64,000 nucleotides of DNA, taken from an uncultured delta proteobacterium. GTDB taxonomy: Bacteria; Desulfobacterota; Desulfobacteria; Desulfobacterales; QNYZ01. The DNA is taken from the NCBI GenBank assembly GCA_963845145.1, contig CAWJQU010000006.1, forward strand, positions 39,386 to 103,385. Reading direction: 5' to 3'. Positions 29,537 to 39,380 of the stretch are shown piece after piece. The first letter of the stretch is position 1, and each line of letters opens with the position of its first letter. The notes beneath the pieces are model-generated. The model did not search any database. It saw nothing but the letters and a program-made list of their open reading frames with translations, and had not been told where the DNA came from. Made by a program: the position numbers and the translations under genes.

Positions 29537-29648
29537 TTGAAGCCATCCTCAGTTTGAATGCAATGCATTACATAATTATCGTCTTCAAAAAAAAATGATA
29601 TAATTTGATAATTTATAAAATAATACAGTGTTGTTGCGGGCCTTTACG

Positions 29649-31091
29649 TCATTTACCCACCTTGATCGACATCTTGACATCCGGCCACCGCTTATTTGCC
29701 GGCTGGACCCCCGGGGGTGCAATGATTTTACAATGGAGGCTGGTGTCATTGGAAATGCTCTGCAGATAAATCGGTGTGGTAATGACATCGATAACTTTAT
29801 TTTCTCCGTCGCTTTCTGGAGACAGAACCATAACTTTTTGAGGACTTAAGCTTATTTCAACAATCTTCAGGCCGGCGGGAAGTTGGCCGACCAGTTGAGG
29901 TTTAATGTAGACCTCCTGTTCCACCATTTTCGAAAGGGTAAGCTCCATGTTGGAAGGAATCATACCCAGTAACCTTACATTTTTTGGTAATCGCAACCCT
30001 TCCTCACTGATTAGAAAAATTTGTGTTCCGGGTACGGCCTTGGATAAGTCTATTTTTACGTTCAACTCACTCGGATTAATTTTGTCAAGATCTGCTCTAG
30101 AGCCCAATAAATGAAGCCGGACTTCGTTTTGCTTATCCCCGACCAAGATAAGATTTGGTGGCGAAGCGGCATAATCCACCGGCACAGTTATCATTTTTTC
30201 CAGCATTTCGCCTTGAGTGATGATGAGCGCCGACCATAAAACGGTCGCCAAGACCAGACTGGCAAACATTTGTGAAAAGGCCAGCCGTCGTTTTTTTCTT
30301 CCATGTAACTGGAAGGGATACGATGATATATTCTTCCAGTGTGAAACGATGGTTCCCGCTAGTTTTTCTGAGTCATCCTCCTGGCGAAAATTCCCCCTAT
30401 CAAATATCGTAATTTTTCCCCGTTCTTCGGAAACCACAATTGCAAGCGCATCTGACTTTTCAGACAATCCCATAGCGGCATGATGGCGGGTACCGAATCT
30501 ATCGGGAAGTTTTGAGCTCTGTGAGAGGGGTAACCGCACACCAAATTGGGTAAATTTTCCATTTTGAATGATCAGGGCGCCATCGTGCCCCGCTGAGTTT
30601 GGATCGAAAATACTCATGATCAATGGGAGACTGGGCGTGGCATCAAGTTTAAAACCACCCGAGAGCCACTGCTGAATTGGCTCTTTACCGGGAAGGATTA
30701 TAATAGCACCGCAACGTTGCTCAGCTAGTCTGTACAGGGCATCTACGATCACATGGCACAGTTTAGCCCCTGAATCATGGAATTCTGAGCGCCGGACAGA
30801 TGCCGCCCGCTCGAAAATTTTTCTTATCTCCGGTTGAAAAATCACAACCAGCGCGATGGCCGCCACCTGGCTGAAGGTGCCGAAAATCCATACCAGACCT
30901 TTAAGGTTCAATAAATTGACGATCAGAAAAAAGAACGCGGCCAGCATGATACCGGCAACGATTCTCCAGGTGCCTAATCGAAGCAGTGTGTGATATAAGA
31001 AAAACAATCCGGCAGCTATCAAGACAATGTCCAGCACAGCCTTCCAACCGACTATTCCTTGAATCAGTGCCGTAGGTGCTGAAATATCCAT
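29649..31091 (-). CDS. Membrane diadenylate cyclase CdaA fused to YbbR/CdaR domain(s)
   Basis: Three TM helices, VIFQPEIR, HDGALII, GTRHHAAMGLSE, VVSEERG; then a TM helix and a YbbR-like beta region (ITVPVDY, VKIDLSKA). Confidence 0.88.
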   Translation of the reverse strand: MDISAPTALIQGIVGWKAVLDIVLIAAGLFFLYHTLLRLGTWRIVAGIMLAAFFFLIVNLLNLKGLVWIFGTFSQVAAIALVVIFQPEIRKIFERAASVRRSEFHDSGAKLCHVIVDALYRLAEQRCGAIIILPGKEPIQQWLSGGFKLDATPSLPLIMSIFDPNSAGHDGALIIQNGKFTQFGVRLPLSQSSKLPDRFGTRHHAAMGLSEKSDALAIVVSEERGKITIFDRGNFRQEDDSEKLAGTIVSHWKNISSYPFQLHGRKKRRLAFSQMFASLVLATVLWSALIITQGEMLEKMITVPVDYAASPPNLILVGDKQNEVRLHLLGSRADLDKINPSELNVKIDLSKAVPGTQIFLISEEGLRLPKNVRLLGMIPSNMELTLSKMVEQEVYIKPQLVGQLPAGLKIVEISLSPQKVMVLSPESDGENKVIDVITTPIYLQSISNDTSLHCKIIAPPGVQPANKRWPDVKMSIKVGK

Positions 31092-31095
31092 ATCC

Positions 31096-32469
31096 CTATC
31101 CCGTCAATTTAGGAAGAAGTATCGACGCAAAGCTTAAGACGAAGAAAAATCCGCACATGTCCGTTACGGTCGTCAAAAGCGGTCCGGATGCCAGCGCCGG
31201 ATCGGATCGCATGCCCCTTAAAATCAAAGGAATCAATCCGCCGAGGCTGACGGCCACCAGCGTGTTGGCCGCCAAAGAAACGCCCACCACCAATCCGAGC
31301 CAGGGATTTCCTTTCCAGAGGATGGCCGCACCACCAAGTAGAATTCCCAGCACAATGCCGTTGATGAGGCCGATGGCGGATTCTTTGGTCAGAACGCGCA
31401 GTAATTCGCGCGGGCGCACCAGACCCATGGTCAACTCACGGATACTCACGGCAACGGCCTGATTGCCGGAGCAACCGCTCATATCCGATATTATGGGCAG
31501 GAAAACGGCCAGAACAATCGCCCTTTCCAACGTGTCCTGGTATAACGCAATCACGCTGGCGGCAATTATATTAAGCACAATATTGATACTGAGCCAGGAC
31601 AAGCGACGGGACGATCGCTTGAACAACGACATGCTCCTTAACTCTTCGCCGCCGATGATACCGGCAAATTTTAAAAACAGCTGGTTGTTCTGCCGATTGG
31701 CTGCTTCTTTGACAGATGAACTTCGAATAACACCCACCATTTTGCCTTCATCGTCTGTTACCGGTGCGCCTAAGAAGGTATACTGGTTGAAAAAATCTTT
31801 CAAAGCCCGCAGGGTATCATTGATGTTGACATGCAGGGGTGTTTTGATCATGGTTTCACTCAATACCCGGTTTCTGGGTGCCATGAGGAGATCCCGCAAC
31901 CGCAACACACCACGTAAAATTCCTGTTTCAGAAACCACATAGGCATACTGAATATCAAAGTCCGAGTAAATTTCGCCACGCTCGCGCAAATCATCCAGAA
32001 CTTCCTTGACCAGCATATTTTCAGGGTAAGAGAGGTATTCGGTGATCATCAATCCGCCGGCCGTATTCTCCGGATAACGCATGAGTCTTTCGAGTTTCTT
32101 AACTTTGTGGGGTCCGATGCCCTGTAGCACCTCGCTCGCTCTATTTTTCGTCATGCGCCTGAGAAAGTCGACCTGCATCTGCTGCGGCAGTTCATTGACG
32201 ATTGGTCCCGCCTGTTCTGAAGTCAGATTTGCAACCATATTTGCCGCGCCCAGACCGGATATTTTTGAAACGATGCCAGCGGCTTTCTCCGGGCCCAATA
32301 TTTCCAGGAGATGTATGTGGTCGGCTCTGTCAAGGTCTGCGATCATGCGGGCCATCTCTGTTGGTTGCAATTTTTCCAACACAGCCTCGATTTGCGGCAA
32401 ATCGTTTAATTGAATCATTTTTACCAAAGATATCGGTTGCGGTTGTTCTGTTTTTTTATTTTCCGGCAT
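31096..32469 (-). CDS. mgtE: Magnesium transporter MgtE
   Basis: YPENTAGGLM, CBS pair, RRLSWL, DPALASGPLLTTVTD. Confidence 0.95.
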   Translation of the reverse strand: MPENKKTEQPQPISLVKMIQLNDLPQIEAVLEKLQPTEMARMIADLDRADHIHLLEILGPEKAAGIVSKISGLGAANMVANLTSEQAGPIVNELPQQMQVDFLRRMTKNRASEVLQGIGPHKVKKLERLMRYPENTAGGLMITEYLSYPENMLVKEVLDDLRERGEIYSDFDIQYAYVVSETGILRGVLRLRDLLMAPRNRVLSETMIKTPLHVNINDTLRALKDFFNQYTFLGAPVTDDEGKMVGVIRSSSVKEAANRQNNQLFLKFAGIIGGEELRSMSLFKRSSRRLSWLSINIVLNIIAASVIALYQDTLERAIVLAVFLPIISDMSGCSGNQAVAVSIRELTMGLVRPRELLRVLTKESAIGLINGIVLGILLGGAAILWKGNPWLGLVVGVSLAANTLVAVSLGGLIPLILRGMRSDPALASGPLLTTVTDMCGFFFVLSFASILLPKLTG

Positions 32470-32609
32470 ATTTAACCCCACATCGAACGACAAATAGAAT
32501 GGCTTGAGCAACGACTAAAACGCCATTAATCCAAGTAATTAATAAAGATAGAAATGGCCCCCGCTTTCGGGATTAACCGTTGAGATTGGTGCTACAATTC
32601 TTTCTGGGG

Positions 32610-33149
32610 CTATTTGAACCAATCGACAATTGCCTCCCATTTTCCAAAAAACAGATCGGTCGGCTTACGAATTTTCATCTCAAGTTCTTGGAGGCCTTCT
32701 TTGGAAACGCCCACTTTTTTAATGTATTGGTTTAAAAACTCTAATTGGTTTCGGCTCGTAGGAGCCGATGGCGTATGTTTCATTTTTTTTAAAGCGGACT
32801 TTAGATTGTCACCGCTTCTTATGAGATGAGCAATGACAAAGGTTCCCGTTCTTCCGATACCGAACCTGCAGTGTACTAAGACTTTTTTACCCATAGATAA
32901 TTGACTATCCAACCAATTGAGCGCTTCTTCAAGGCTCTCTGCATCCGGTGATTCTTGATCTGGGATGGGAACAAATTTAACATCAAACCCTTTATTTGCC
33001 TCGATTTCATTAAGATCGTAGCACTCTGCACATAGGTTGACAATTGCGCTGATACCATGGTCACTGATCGTTTCAAGGTCGGCATGGGAGCTGGGCGCAT
33101 ATCCAACTGCCAATTGGTTCGTAATCCATTTAACAGGATAATTTTTCAT
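32610..33149 (-). CDS. Dual-specificity protein phosphatase family protein
   Basis: VLVHCRFGIGRTGT (HCx5R) and PIPD loop. Confidence 0.9.
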   Translation of the reverse strand: MKNYPVKWITNQLAVGYAPSSHADLETISDHGISAIVNLCAECYDLNEIEANKGFDVKFVPIPDQESPDAESLEEALNWLDSQLSMGKKVLVHCRFGIGRTGTFVIAHLIRSGDNLKSALKKMKHTPSAPTSRNQLEFLNQYIKKVGVSKEGLQELEMKIRKPTDLFFGKWEAIVDWFK

Positions 33150-33239
33150 TTTTGATATATCTCAACTGGTGTAATGATACTCATCCATTATGTAAAAAAT
33201 TCCGTGTCTTACCCGTTTGAAATCATTCTGCTATATAAA

Positions 33240-34577
33240 CTATTCCTCCCCTCTTGATAAATCAATGATACGACGGACGGATGAGTCATCCAAATGAACA
33301 TCTCTTTGCGGAAATGGAATTTCGATGCCATTTTCTTTAAGCGTATCCCACACTTTTAACAAAACCGCACTAGTAACATTTGCCACGCCATCTTGCGGAT
33401 CATCTATCCAAAACCTTAGTTCCAAATCGACGGAACTCTCCCCAAACCCCACAAGCAGACAGGTTGGTGGTGGATCGTTAAGTATTCGATTTATCCCGCC
33501 AATTGTGTCTACAATCAGGCGAATGGCTTCATGCGGGTCTGCTTGGTAAGAGATGCCAATGGGTACGCGGATACGTATTTTTTTGGAGGAATAGGACCAG
33601 TTGATGACTTGCTGGGTAATCAGATCTTCATTGGGTATGAGGTATTCTTTTTCGTCTCTTGTTACAACCGAAACATAACGGCCGCCCATGTTTTTTACCC
33701 ATCCATAAACATCTGCGAGTTGAACAACATCACCCGGCTTTATAGATTTATCTGAAAGCAAAATCAGCCCGCTAACAAAATTTCCAACAATTTTTTGCAA
33801 ACCAAAACCGATCCCGACGCCAATTGCGCCACTAAATAAAGTCAGGGCGGTCAAATTGATGCCGACGCTGTGCAGTGAGATCAGGCCAACCAAAAACAGC
33901 AGGGTAATATTTACGCTTTTAGTGATCATTAAGCGCGTTGAGGGCATAATCTCAGGAATAATAAGAAGTTTTTTCTCGAGATATGCACTGAACCAATTGA
34001 CACTCTTTATCAGTGCAATCAGAATCCCTGTGGCTTTTATAACGGAAAGCAGTGTCAGCTGAACTTCACCGAATTGAAATCCGATACTTTCCAGAATAGA
34101 AATTGTTTCATCCAAAATGCCGAGGATATTCAGGGCCGCTATCGACCAGGCTAGCGTTGCGATAAGGCGGGACCAGAATCGATCGAAAATAATGGATGTT
34201 GCAGACCGAATAACCACCCAAGCCATAGACAAATTCAACACGATACTCATCAGAAAGGTGTGGTATCCGATCTGATTGACCACCTGTATTAAAATACCCA
34301 AAATAAAAATACTGAAAATGAGGGGTGATAAATAGAGCAAGCGGGTTGAAAAGTTGGCTAAATACTGAGGCTTTATTTTTCTGTCCTGAAATTTATTTTT
34401 TATAAATCGACGAAACCACCGGCCGATGACAGTCCCAATCAATCTTACGGCCAATAAGAGCAGTATCTGTATAGCAATTTGAATAAGATTGTCCCAGATA
34501 AGGATATTCAGATATACCCAATCCTTTAGCTCATTTAGTTTCTGAAATAGATATTTAAAATTCAATAGGGATTCCAT
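33240..34577 (-). CDS. MscS-family mechanosensitive channel
   Basis: GAIGVGIGFGLQKIVGNFVSG, LIPNE, IEIPFPQRD. Confidence 0.93.
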   Translation of the reverse strand: MESLLNFKYLFQKLNELKDWVYLNILIWDNLIQIAIQILLLLAVRLIGTVIGRWFRRFIKNKFQDRKIKPQYLANFSTRLLYLSPLIFSIFILGILIQVVNQIGYHTFLMSIVLNLSMAWVVIRSATSIIFDRFWSRLIATLAWSIAALNILGILDETISILESIGFQFGEVQLTLLSVIKATGILIALIKSVNWFSAYLEKKLLIIPEIMPSTRLMITKSVNITLLFLVGLISLHSVGINLTALTLFSGAIGVGIGFGLQKIVGNFVSGLILLSDKSIKPGDVVQLADVYGWVKNMGGRYVSVVTRDEKEYLIPNEDLITQQVINWSYSSKKIRIRVPIGISYQADPHEAIRLIVDTIGGINRILNDPPPTCLLVGFGESSVDLELRFWIDDPQDGVANVTSAVLLKVWDTLKENGIEIPFPQRDVHLDDSSVRRIIDLSRGEE

Positions 34578-34633
34578 CTAAAGCCTCAAAATTTTTCATT
34601 AATATTAGCGATTTATCGGTAGCCGGCGCGTAG

Positions 34634-36070
34634 CTAAAGATAGGGCGAGAACAACCAGGTAAAAGAATCACGCAGCCGGACTGGAAGCGATCGGCCGTCG
34701 ACTGCTTCTAAGGTAACCTGTCGAGATTGCTTGATGGTGTTGCGAATATGACCCGCAATTTTGTGGGCAAATGCGCTGTCCATGACTTCGACCACCAGCT
34801 CGAAATTCAACCGCAGACTTCTTGGGTCGAGATTGGCGGATCCAATATGCGAATAGCAATCATCAACGACAAATAGCTTAGAGTGGTTAAAAGGCGGTGG
34901 CTGGTACCAGACCTTAATCTGGTACTGGATCAGCTCCCACAACATATTTTGAGTCGCCCAATGGATAAAGGGAAGGTTATTCTTTCCGGGTAAGACGACA
35001 TTGACCTCAACTCCCCGCAAAGCGGCGGCCTGCATGGCGCCGATCATCTCCCTGGATGGCAAAAAATACGGGGTCATAATCAGTACCGAGTGCTGTGCGG
35101 CGGACATGGCCCCGGTAAGGATCGTTGCCAGCTTTTCGAAATCCTCGTCGGGGCCGTTCACTATGGCCCGGCAAATGGCCGGATCGCCTTTACCTGTCAA
35201 AGGATTAGAAGACGCCGGCGGGACCTCCCCGGTAATGAATCCCCAGTTTTCGAGAAATATTTGTTGCAATTGCGCGACGATATATCCTTCCATGCAAAAA
35301 TGCACATCTGCCACCCGGGATTGCGGGTCTGTTGCGGATACCATGTGGCGCCCACCGATGTTCATACCACCTGTAAACCCAATCAAGGCATCGGTAACCA
35401 GGATTTTACGATGATTGCGCAAATTGAGGTGAATTTGCGGGGGCCACAGTCGTGGTGGCAGGAAGCGGGCGGTACGCACCCCTGCTCGGGTCAGCAGCGC
35501 GCCGGCCCACGGTAAAGAGTATTTTTCCCCCATGCCGTCAATGATGACCCTAACATCCACACCCCGTTTGGCAGCAGCGGCCAGAGCGTCTATAAACTGG
35601 CGGCCAACGGCATTGGTTTCGAATATATAGGTGGACAAATAGACCGTATGCCGCGATTCCTTGATGGCCGCCAGCATGGCCGGGTAAGCCTGTTCGCCGT
35701 TGTGCAGAATGTTCAACTGATTGTCGTAGGTGACCGGGCGGTGGGCCACCATATCGGAGATGCGTGCAAAACACCTGTATTCGGCGGGGACATCGGAAAT
35801 GGAACCTAGCTCGGAAATGCTCTCTTCGGTGCGCTCCCATTCAATCCAGAATCTAAAGCGAGGCCGGCCATGTAGCTTACGTGCTCGGGTTCGGACCCTG
35901 TTAATGCCGAAAAGAAAATAGAGAAATGGGCCAAATAGTGGAAAAACAACACATACGGCGATCCAACCAAAAGCCGCCCGCGAGTCCCGTTTATAGATCA
36001 ACGCATGGCCGACGGCAGCCGGGGCGAGGATAAAATGGATGAAAATAAAAATCCATTCAATCCAGTTCAT
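34634..36070 (-). CDS. cls: Cardiolipin synthase (phospholipase D family)
   Basis: Two HKD motifs (NHRKILVTD, NHSKLFVVD); N-terminal TM PLDc_N region. Confidence 0.92.
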   Translation of the reverse strand: MNWIEWIFIFIHFILAPAAVGHALIYKRDSRAAFGWIAVCVVFPLFGPFLYFLFGINRVRTRARKLHGRPRFRFWIEWERTEESISELGSISDVPAEYRCFARISDMVAHRPVTYDNQLNILHNGEQAYPAMLAAIKESRHTVYLSTYIFETNAVGRQFIDALAAAAKRGVDVRVIIDGMGEKYSLPWAGALLTRAGVRTARFLPPRLWPPQIHLNLRNHRKILVTDALIGFTGGMNIGGRHMVSATDPQSRVADVHFCMEGYIVAQLQQIFLENWGFITGEVPPASSNPLTGKGDPAICRAIVNGPDEDFEKLATILTGAMSAAQHSVLIMTPYFLPSREMIGAMQAAALRGVEVNVVLPGKNNLPFIHWATQNMLWELIQYQIKVWYQPPPFNHSKLFVVDDCYSHIGSANLDPRSLRLNFELVVEVMDSAFAHKIAGHIRNTIKQSRQVTLEAVDGRSLPVRLRDSFTWLFSPYL

Positions 36071-36356
36071 GAGGGGTGTTCTCTTCCTGATGCAATGGTT
36101 AAATAGCCTGAATCTCTTTTGTTCTCACTCGCTTTTGACCCATCATCCTGTTTCATCTGGTTTATCCCGAAAAAAGTCCGTTATCAGCATATCAAGGGAA
36201 TATACCCTAACGTTGCATAAAAATTGAGATCAAAACGCGATAGGTTAGGTCATTGCGGTGAGATTCTCCATTTTCAAGGTTGAAACCGTATTTGCAAATG
36301 ATTGGTTCATCAATAAATGGCAAAACGGGTGTCTCGGCACCTACAGGTACCTCGGA

Positions 36357-37049
36357 TCAAAAATCCGGAAATTTTTGAAATACTTGTTTGATGCCGTATT
36401 TTGCCACTTCTTCAACGGATACCCATCGGAGCCCCATTTTTATAGGCTTTAATCCGCTAACACCATCTTGTGTTTGAGCCTTCTGGCTTCCTTCAAAAGT
36501 TTGCCTCCAAAGTCGGTTTCCGTTTGAAACATCAATCAAATAGAGATTAAAAGCAACGGATGCCGGACTGAAGGATGCGTCCACATCGGCCCCTTTTTCT
36601 TGAAAGCGCCATAGGGTTCCTATTAAAACGCGGTTTACTCCCAGTTCTGTTCCAAATTTCAACGCCAGTTTCCTTGGCGTATCGAGCGTTTGATCGGCTT
36701 TAATTTTTTCAAAAACGGCTCTCGATGCTTGGATCGGAAACACCCGATCGGAAAAACGGTTTTTCAACTCGCCGTGAACGAAAGTAGTCATTGCAAAATC
36801 GCCCCCCTCTTTCACACTCTGTATGCCCCGGAGCAATTGGGACAGAGGCTGGCTTAATGGTTTATCAATCGAGTTGTGCGGAGACTCAAGTTTACCGATT
36901 AAAAACGGCATCAAGGCGATTTGATTTGATTGAGGATGGGTAGAATCCTCATCGGTTGAATGTGCAGCACCAAAGCTTAACAAAACAAAAATAATTCCAA
37001 AAATGGAACAAATGAATACGTTGCGATCAAATAATTTGATTCTTTTCAT
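36357..37049 (-). CDS. Exported hypothetical protein (LpoB/CsgG-like alpha/beta fold possible)
   Basis: Signal peptide; IALMPF...VLIGTLWRF...ASVAFNLYLIDV..GNRLW. Confidence 0.65.
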   Translation of the reverse strand: MKRIKLFDRNVFICSIFGIIFVLLSFGAAHSTDEDSTHPQSNQIALMPFLIGKLESPHNSIDKPLSQPLSQLLRGIQSVKEGGDFAMTTFVHGELKNRFSDRVFPIQASRAVFEKIKADQTLDTPRKLALKFGTELGVNRVLIGTLWRFQEKGADVDASFSPASVAFNLYLIDVSNGNRLWRQTFEGSQKAQTQDGVSGLKPIKMGLRWVSVEEVAKYGIKQVFQKFPDF

Positions 37050-37162
37050 GTGTTACCCCAACTAATGTGATCTGTGTTTTCCTAACGCCGGGAGGGTTAT
37101 AAGGGAACCATTGAATTTATACTAATGAAATCCTGAGCGATTATCAAGGTCAGCATGTTTAT

Positions 37163-38011
37163 TTATTCGACTTTGTAAGTTACAGCAATCATCCAGGCCG
37201 CATAATCCGGATAGGACTTTTTGAGTAACTGGACCACTCTTTCTTTGAATGTCTCTTCGATAATTTTTATTTGCCCCGGCCAAAGCTTGAATTTAATTCT
37301 CAGATATCGCCATTGAGCATCTTTGACTTCTTTGATCCCGAAGATTTCCGGTACGGCCAGAATGATGGATTTGTGTTGGCTGTGCATGCCCTTGGCAATT
37401 GCCTGAATCGGTCGCAACATCGACTTTTCATCAATCTCCTGCGGTAATTGAATGTCGACGTAAGCGCGGATGCAGCCGTCGCGAAATTGGCTAATGGTAG
37501 CAATATTTCTGTTGGGTATAATAATGCGCTGACCGTGCAAGTTAATCAGCATAGTGAACCTGAGACCAATGCTATCGACTTTACCAATTTCATCGCCCAG
37601 CTTGACCATTTCCCCGATCGTTAGCGCATCCGAAAAAATCAGCGTGAGGCCGATCACCAGATCCTGCACAAATCCTTGCAGCCCAAAACCGACGGCTAAT
37701 CCGATGACTGTTGCGCTGGCAAAATAAGTTGTCAGTGAAATTTTAAATTCGCGCAGAATCATACCCACAGCCACAAAATAGATGGTAAACGTGACCGCAC
37801 TAACGAAGATGGTAATAATGGTGGCAAGCTTGGGGTATCTTCGCGTCAGGATCTCTTCTGATGTTTCGTTACTGTCCACCTTCATCGTCAACAGATATTG
37901 GCTCAACCGGCGGATGGTCTTGACGGTAAAAATTGCAACCACAACCATGCTGATAACGAGGGAAATTCTCAAAATTGGATTGATATCGGCTAAAATTTCT
38001 AACAACTTCAT
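37163..38011 (-). CDS. Small MscS-family mechanosensitive channel
   Basis: GLAVGFGLQGFVQDLVIG, IGLRFT, IIPNRNI. Confidence 0.88.
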   Translation of the reverse strand: MKLLEILADINPILRISLVISMVVVAIFTVKTIRRLSQYLLTMKVDSNETSEEILTRRYPKLATIITIFVSAVTFTIYFVAVGMILREFKISLTTYFASATVIGLAVGFGLQGFVQDLVIGLTLIFSDALTIGEMVKLGDEIGKVDSIGLRFTMLINLHGQRIIIPNRNIATISQFRDGCIRAYVDIQLPQEIDEKSMLRPIQAIAKGMHSQHKSIILAVPEIFGIKEVKDAQWRYLRIKFKLWPGQIKIIEETFKERVVQLLKKSYPDYAAWMIAVTYKVE

Positions 38012-38232
38012 GATAGTTACCAATCTGATCGATTAACGTATAAAGAAAAACAAGTCGCCAATTATACTGGGTGTCATGAATATGTTCCGATTATAAATGC
38101 GTGTGATAGGTGGTGATAATAATCGCCACCAACAACGCCGGTATGATTTTCTGAAGCGAAATAATAGACAGGTATCTCTCTCCCACCATGGATAATCATA
38201 GAACAGGCTGTGTAATAATGAGCACGAGGCTG

Positions 38233-39305
38233 CTATGGCTTATATCCTAACCCTGGCCCTTGTGAAGGGTAGAGATACCCATTTTTTAAAACAACACAAC
38301 CCCGAGTCGGGTCATTGAGCAAATCCAAATGGCCGTCTAAGTCAGCATAGATAACGTTGGGCCTGGCAAGGGCAAAGTGAAGCCCGGCCGCAATGCTTAA
38401 TGCGGCCTCGTCCATACAGCCCACCATGACCTCCACCCCGGCGGAACGGGCGACGGCATTGATTTGTAAGGCTTCATTAATTCCCCCGGCTTTCATTAAT
38501 TTAACATTGATCATATCCACCAGATCGTCGCGAACAAGACGAAAAGCATCGCGCAAGCTAATGAGGCTCTCATCGGCCATAATCGCCATATCGGCTTTTC
38601 TTGATAGTTTGCCGAGTAGCGCACGTTCATTGCGGTGGGTGGGTTGTTCCAGAACCGATATCTTGGCCCGGTTCAATCATTCGGATGAAGGTCATGGCGT
38701 CGGTTTCGGTGTATCCCTGATTGGCATCAAAACGAAGTTCGATGCCATCCCCCACTTGTTCTCTTAGCCGAATGATTTTCTCGGCATCTTCATTAACATT
38801 CCGACCGCCTTTTAGTTTCAGAGCTTTGAAACCCTGTTTCACAAAATCGTTTGCTTTTTCAAGTGTATCCCTTAAGGACATAATGCCGATAGTAATGCTG
38901 GTTTTTATGCGGGTTCGATAACCGCCCAACAGCCGGAACAAGGGAGAGTCCGGCCCGCTTGCCGAGGATGTCGTACAGGGCCATATCGACCATGGCCAGA
39001 GTTGCCGGGCTTGCCGACAGGCTTTTTTTCAATTTTTCAAGGACGGCTACCGGCCTCAACGGGTCCATATTTAACAAAATAGGTGCGATGACGCTTTCCG
39101 CCGCCTCTATAACATATTCCGGTGTTTCCCCCGTTACGGTAGCTTCGGGTGCAGCCACGCCAAAACCGACGGGTCCCGTATCCGTATGGATCTCCAAAAA
39201 AATATTGATCGCGTGGTCAAACGTTTTTTGAGCAATTGTATAGGGCTCGGCCAGAGGCATATCCAAACGATACACATCGATTTTTTTGATCTTCATTGAC
39301 GCCAT
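38233..39305 (-). CDS. Dipeptide epimerase / DgcA-like enolase-superfamily enzyme; two frameshifts
   Basis: Three ORF pieces: [50 protein letters not shown]. Confidence 0.85.
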
Positions 39306-39380
39306 CCATTGCGATGATAAACAGGTGCGATCTTGTTAATCGAAGTTTTTTTATTGTTTTGATCTGATCACCACCGGGAA

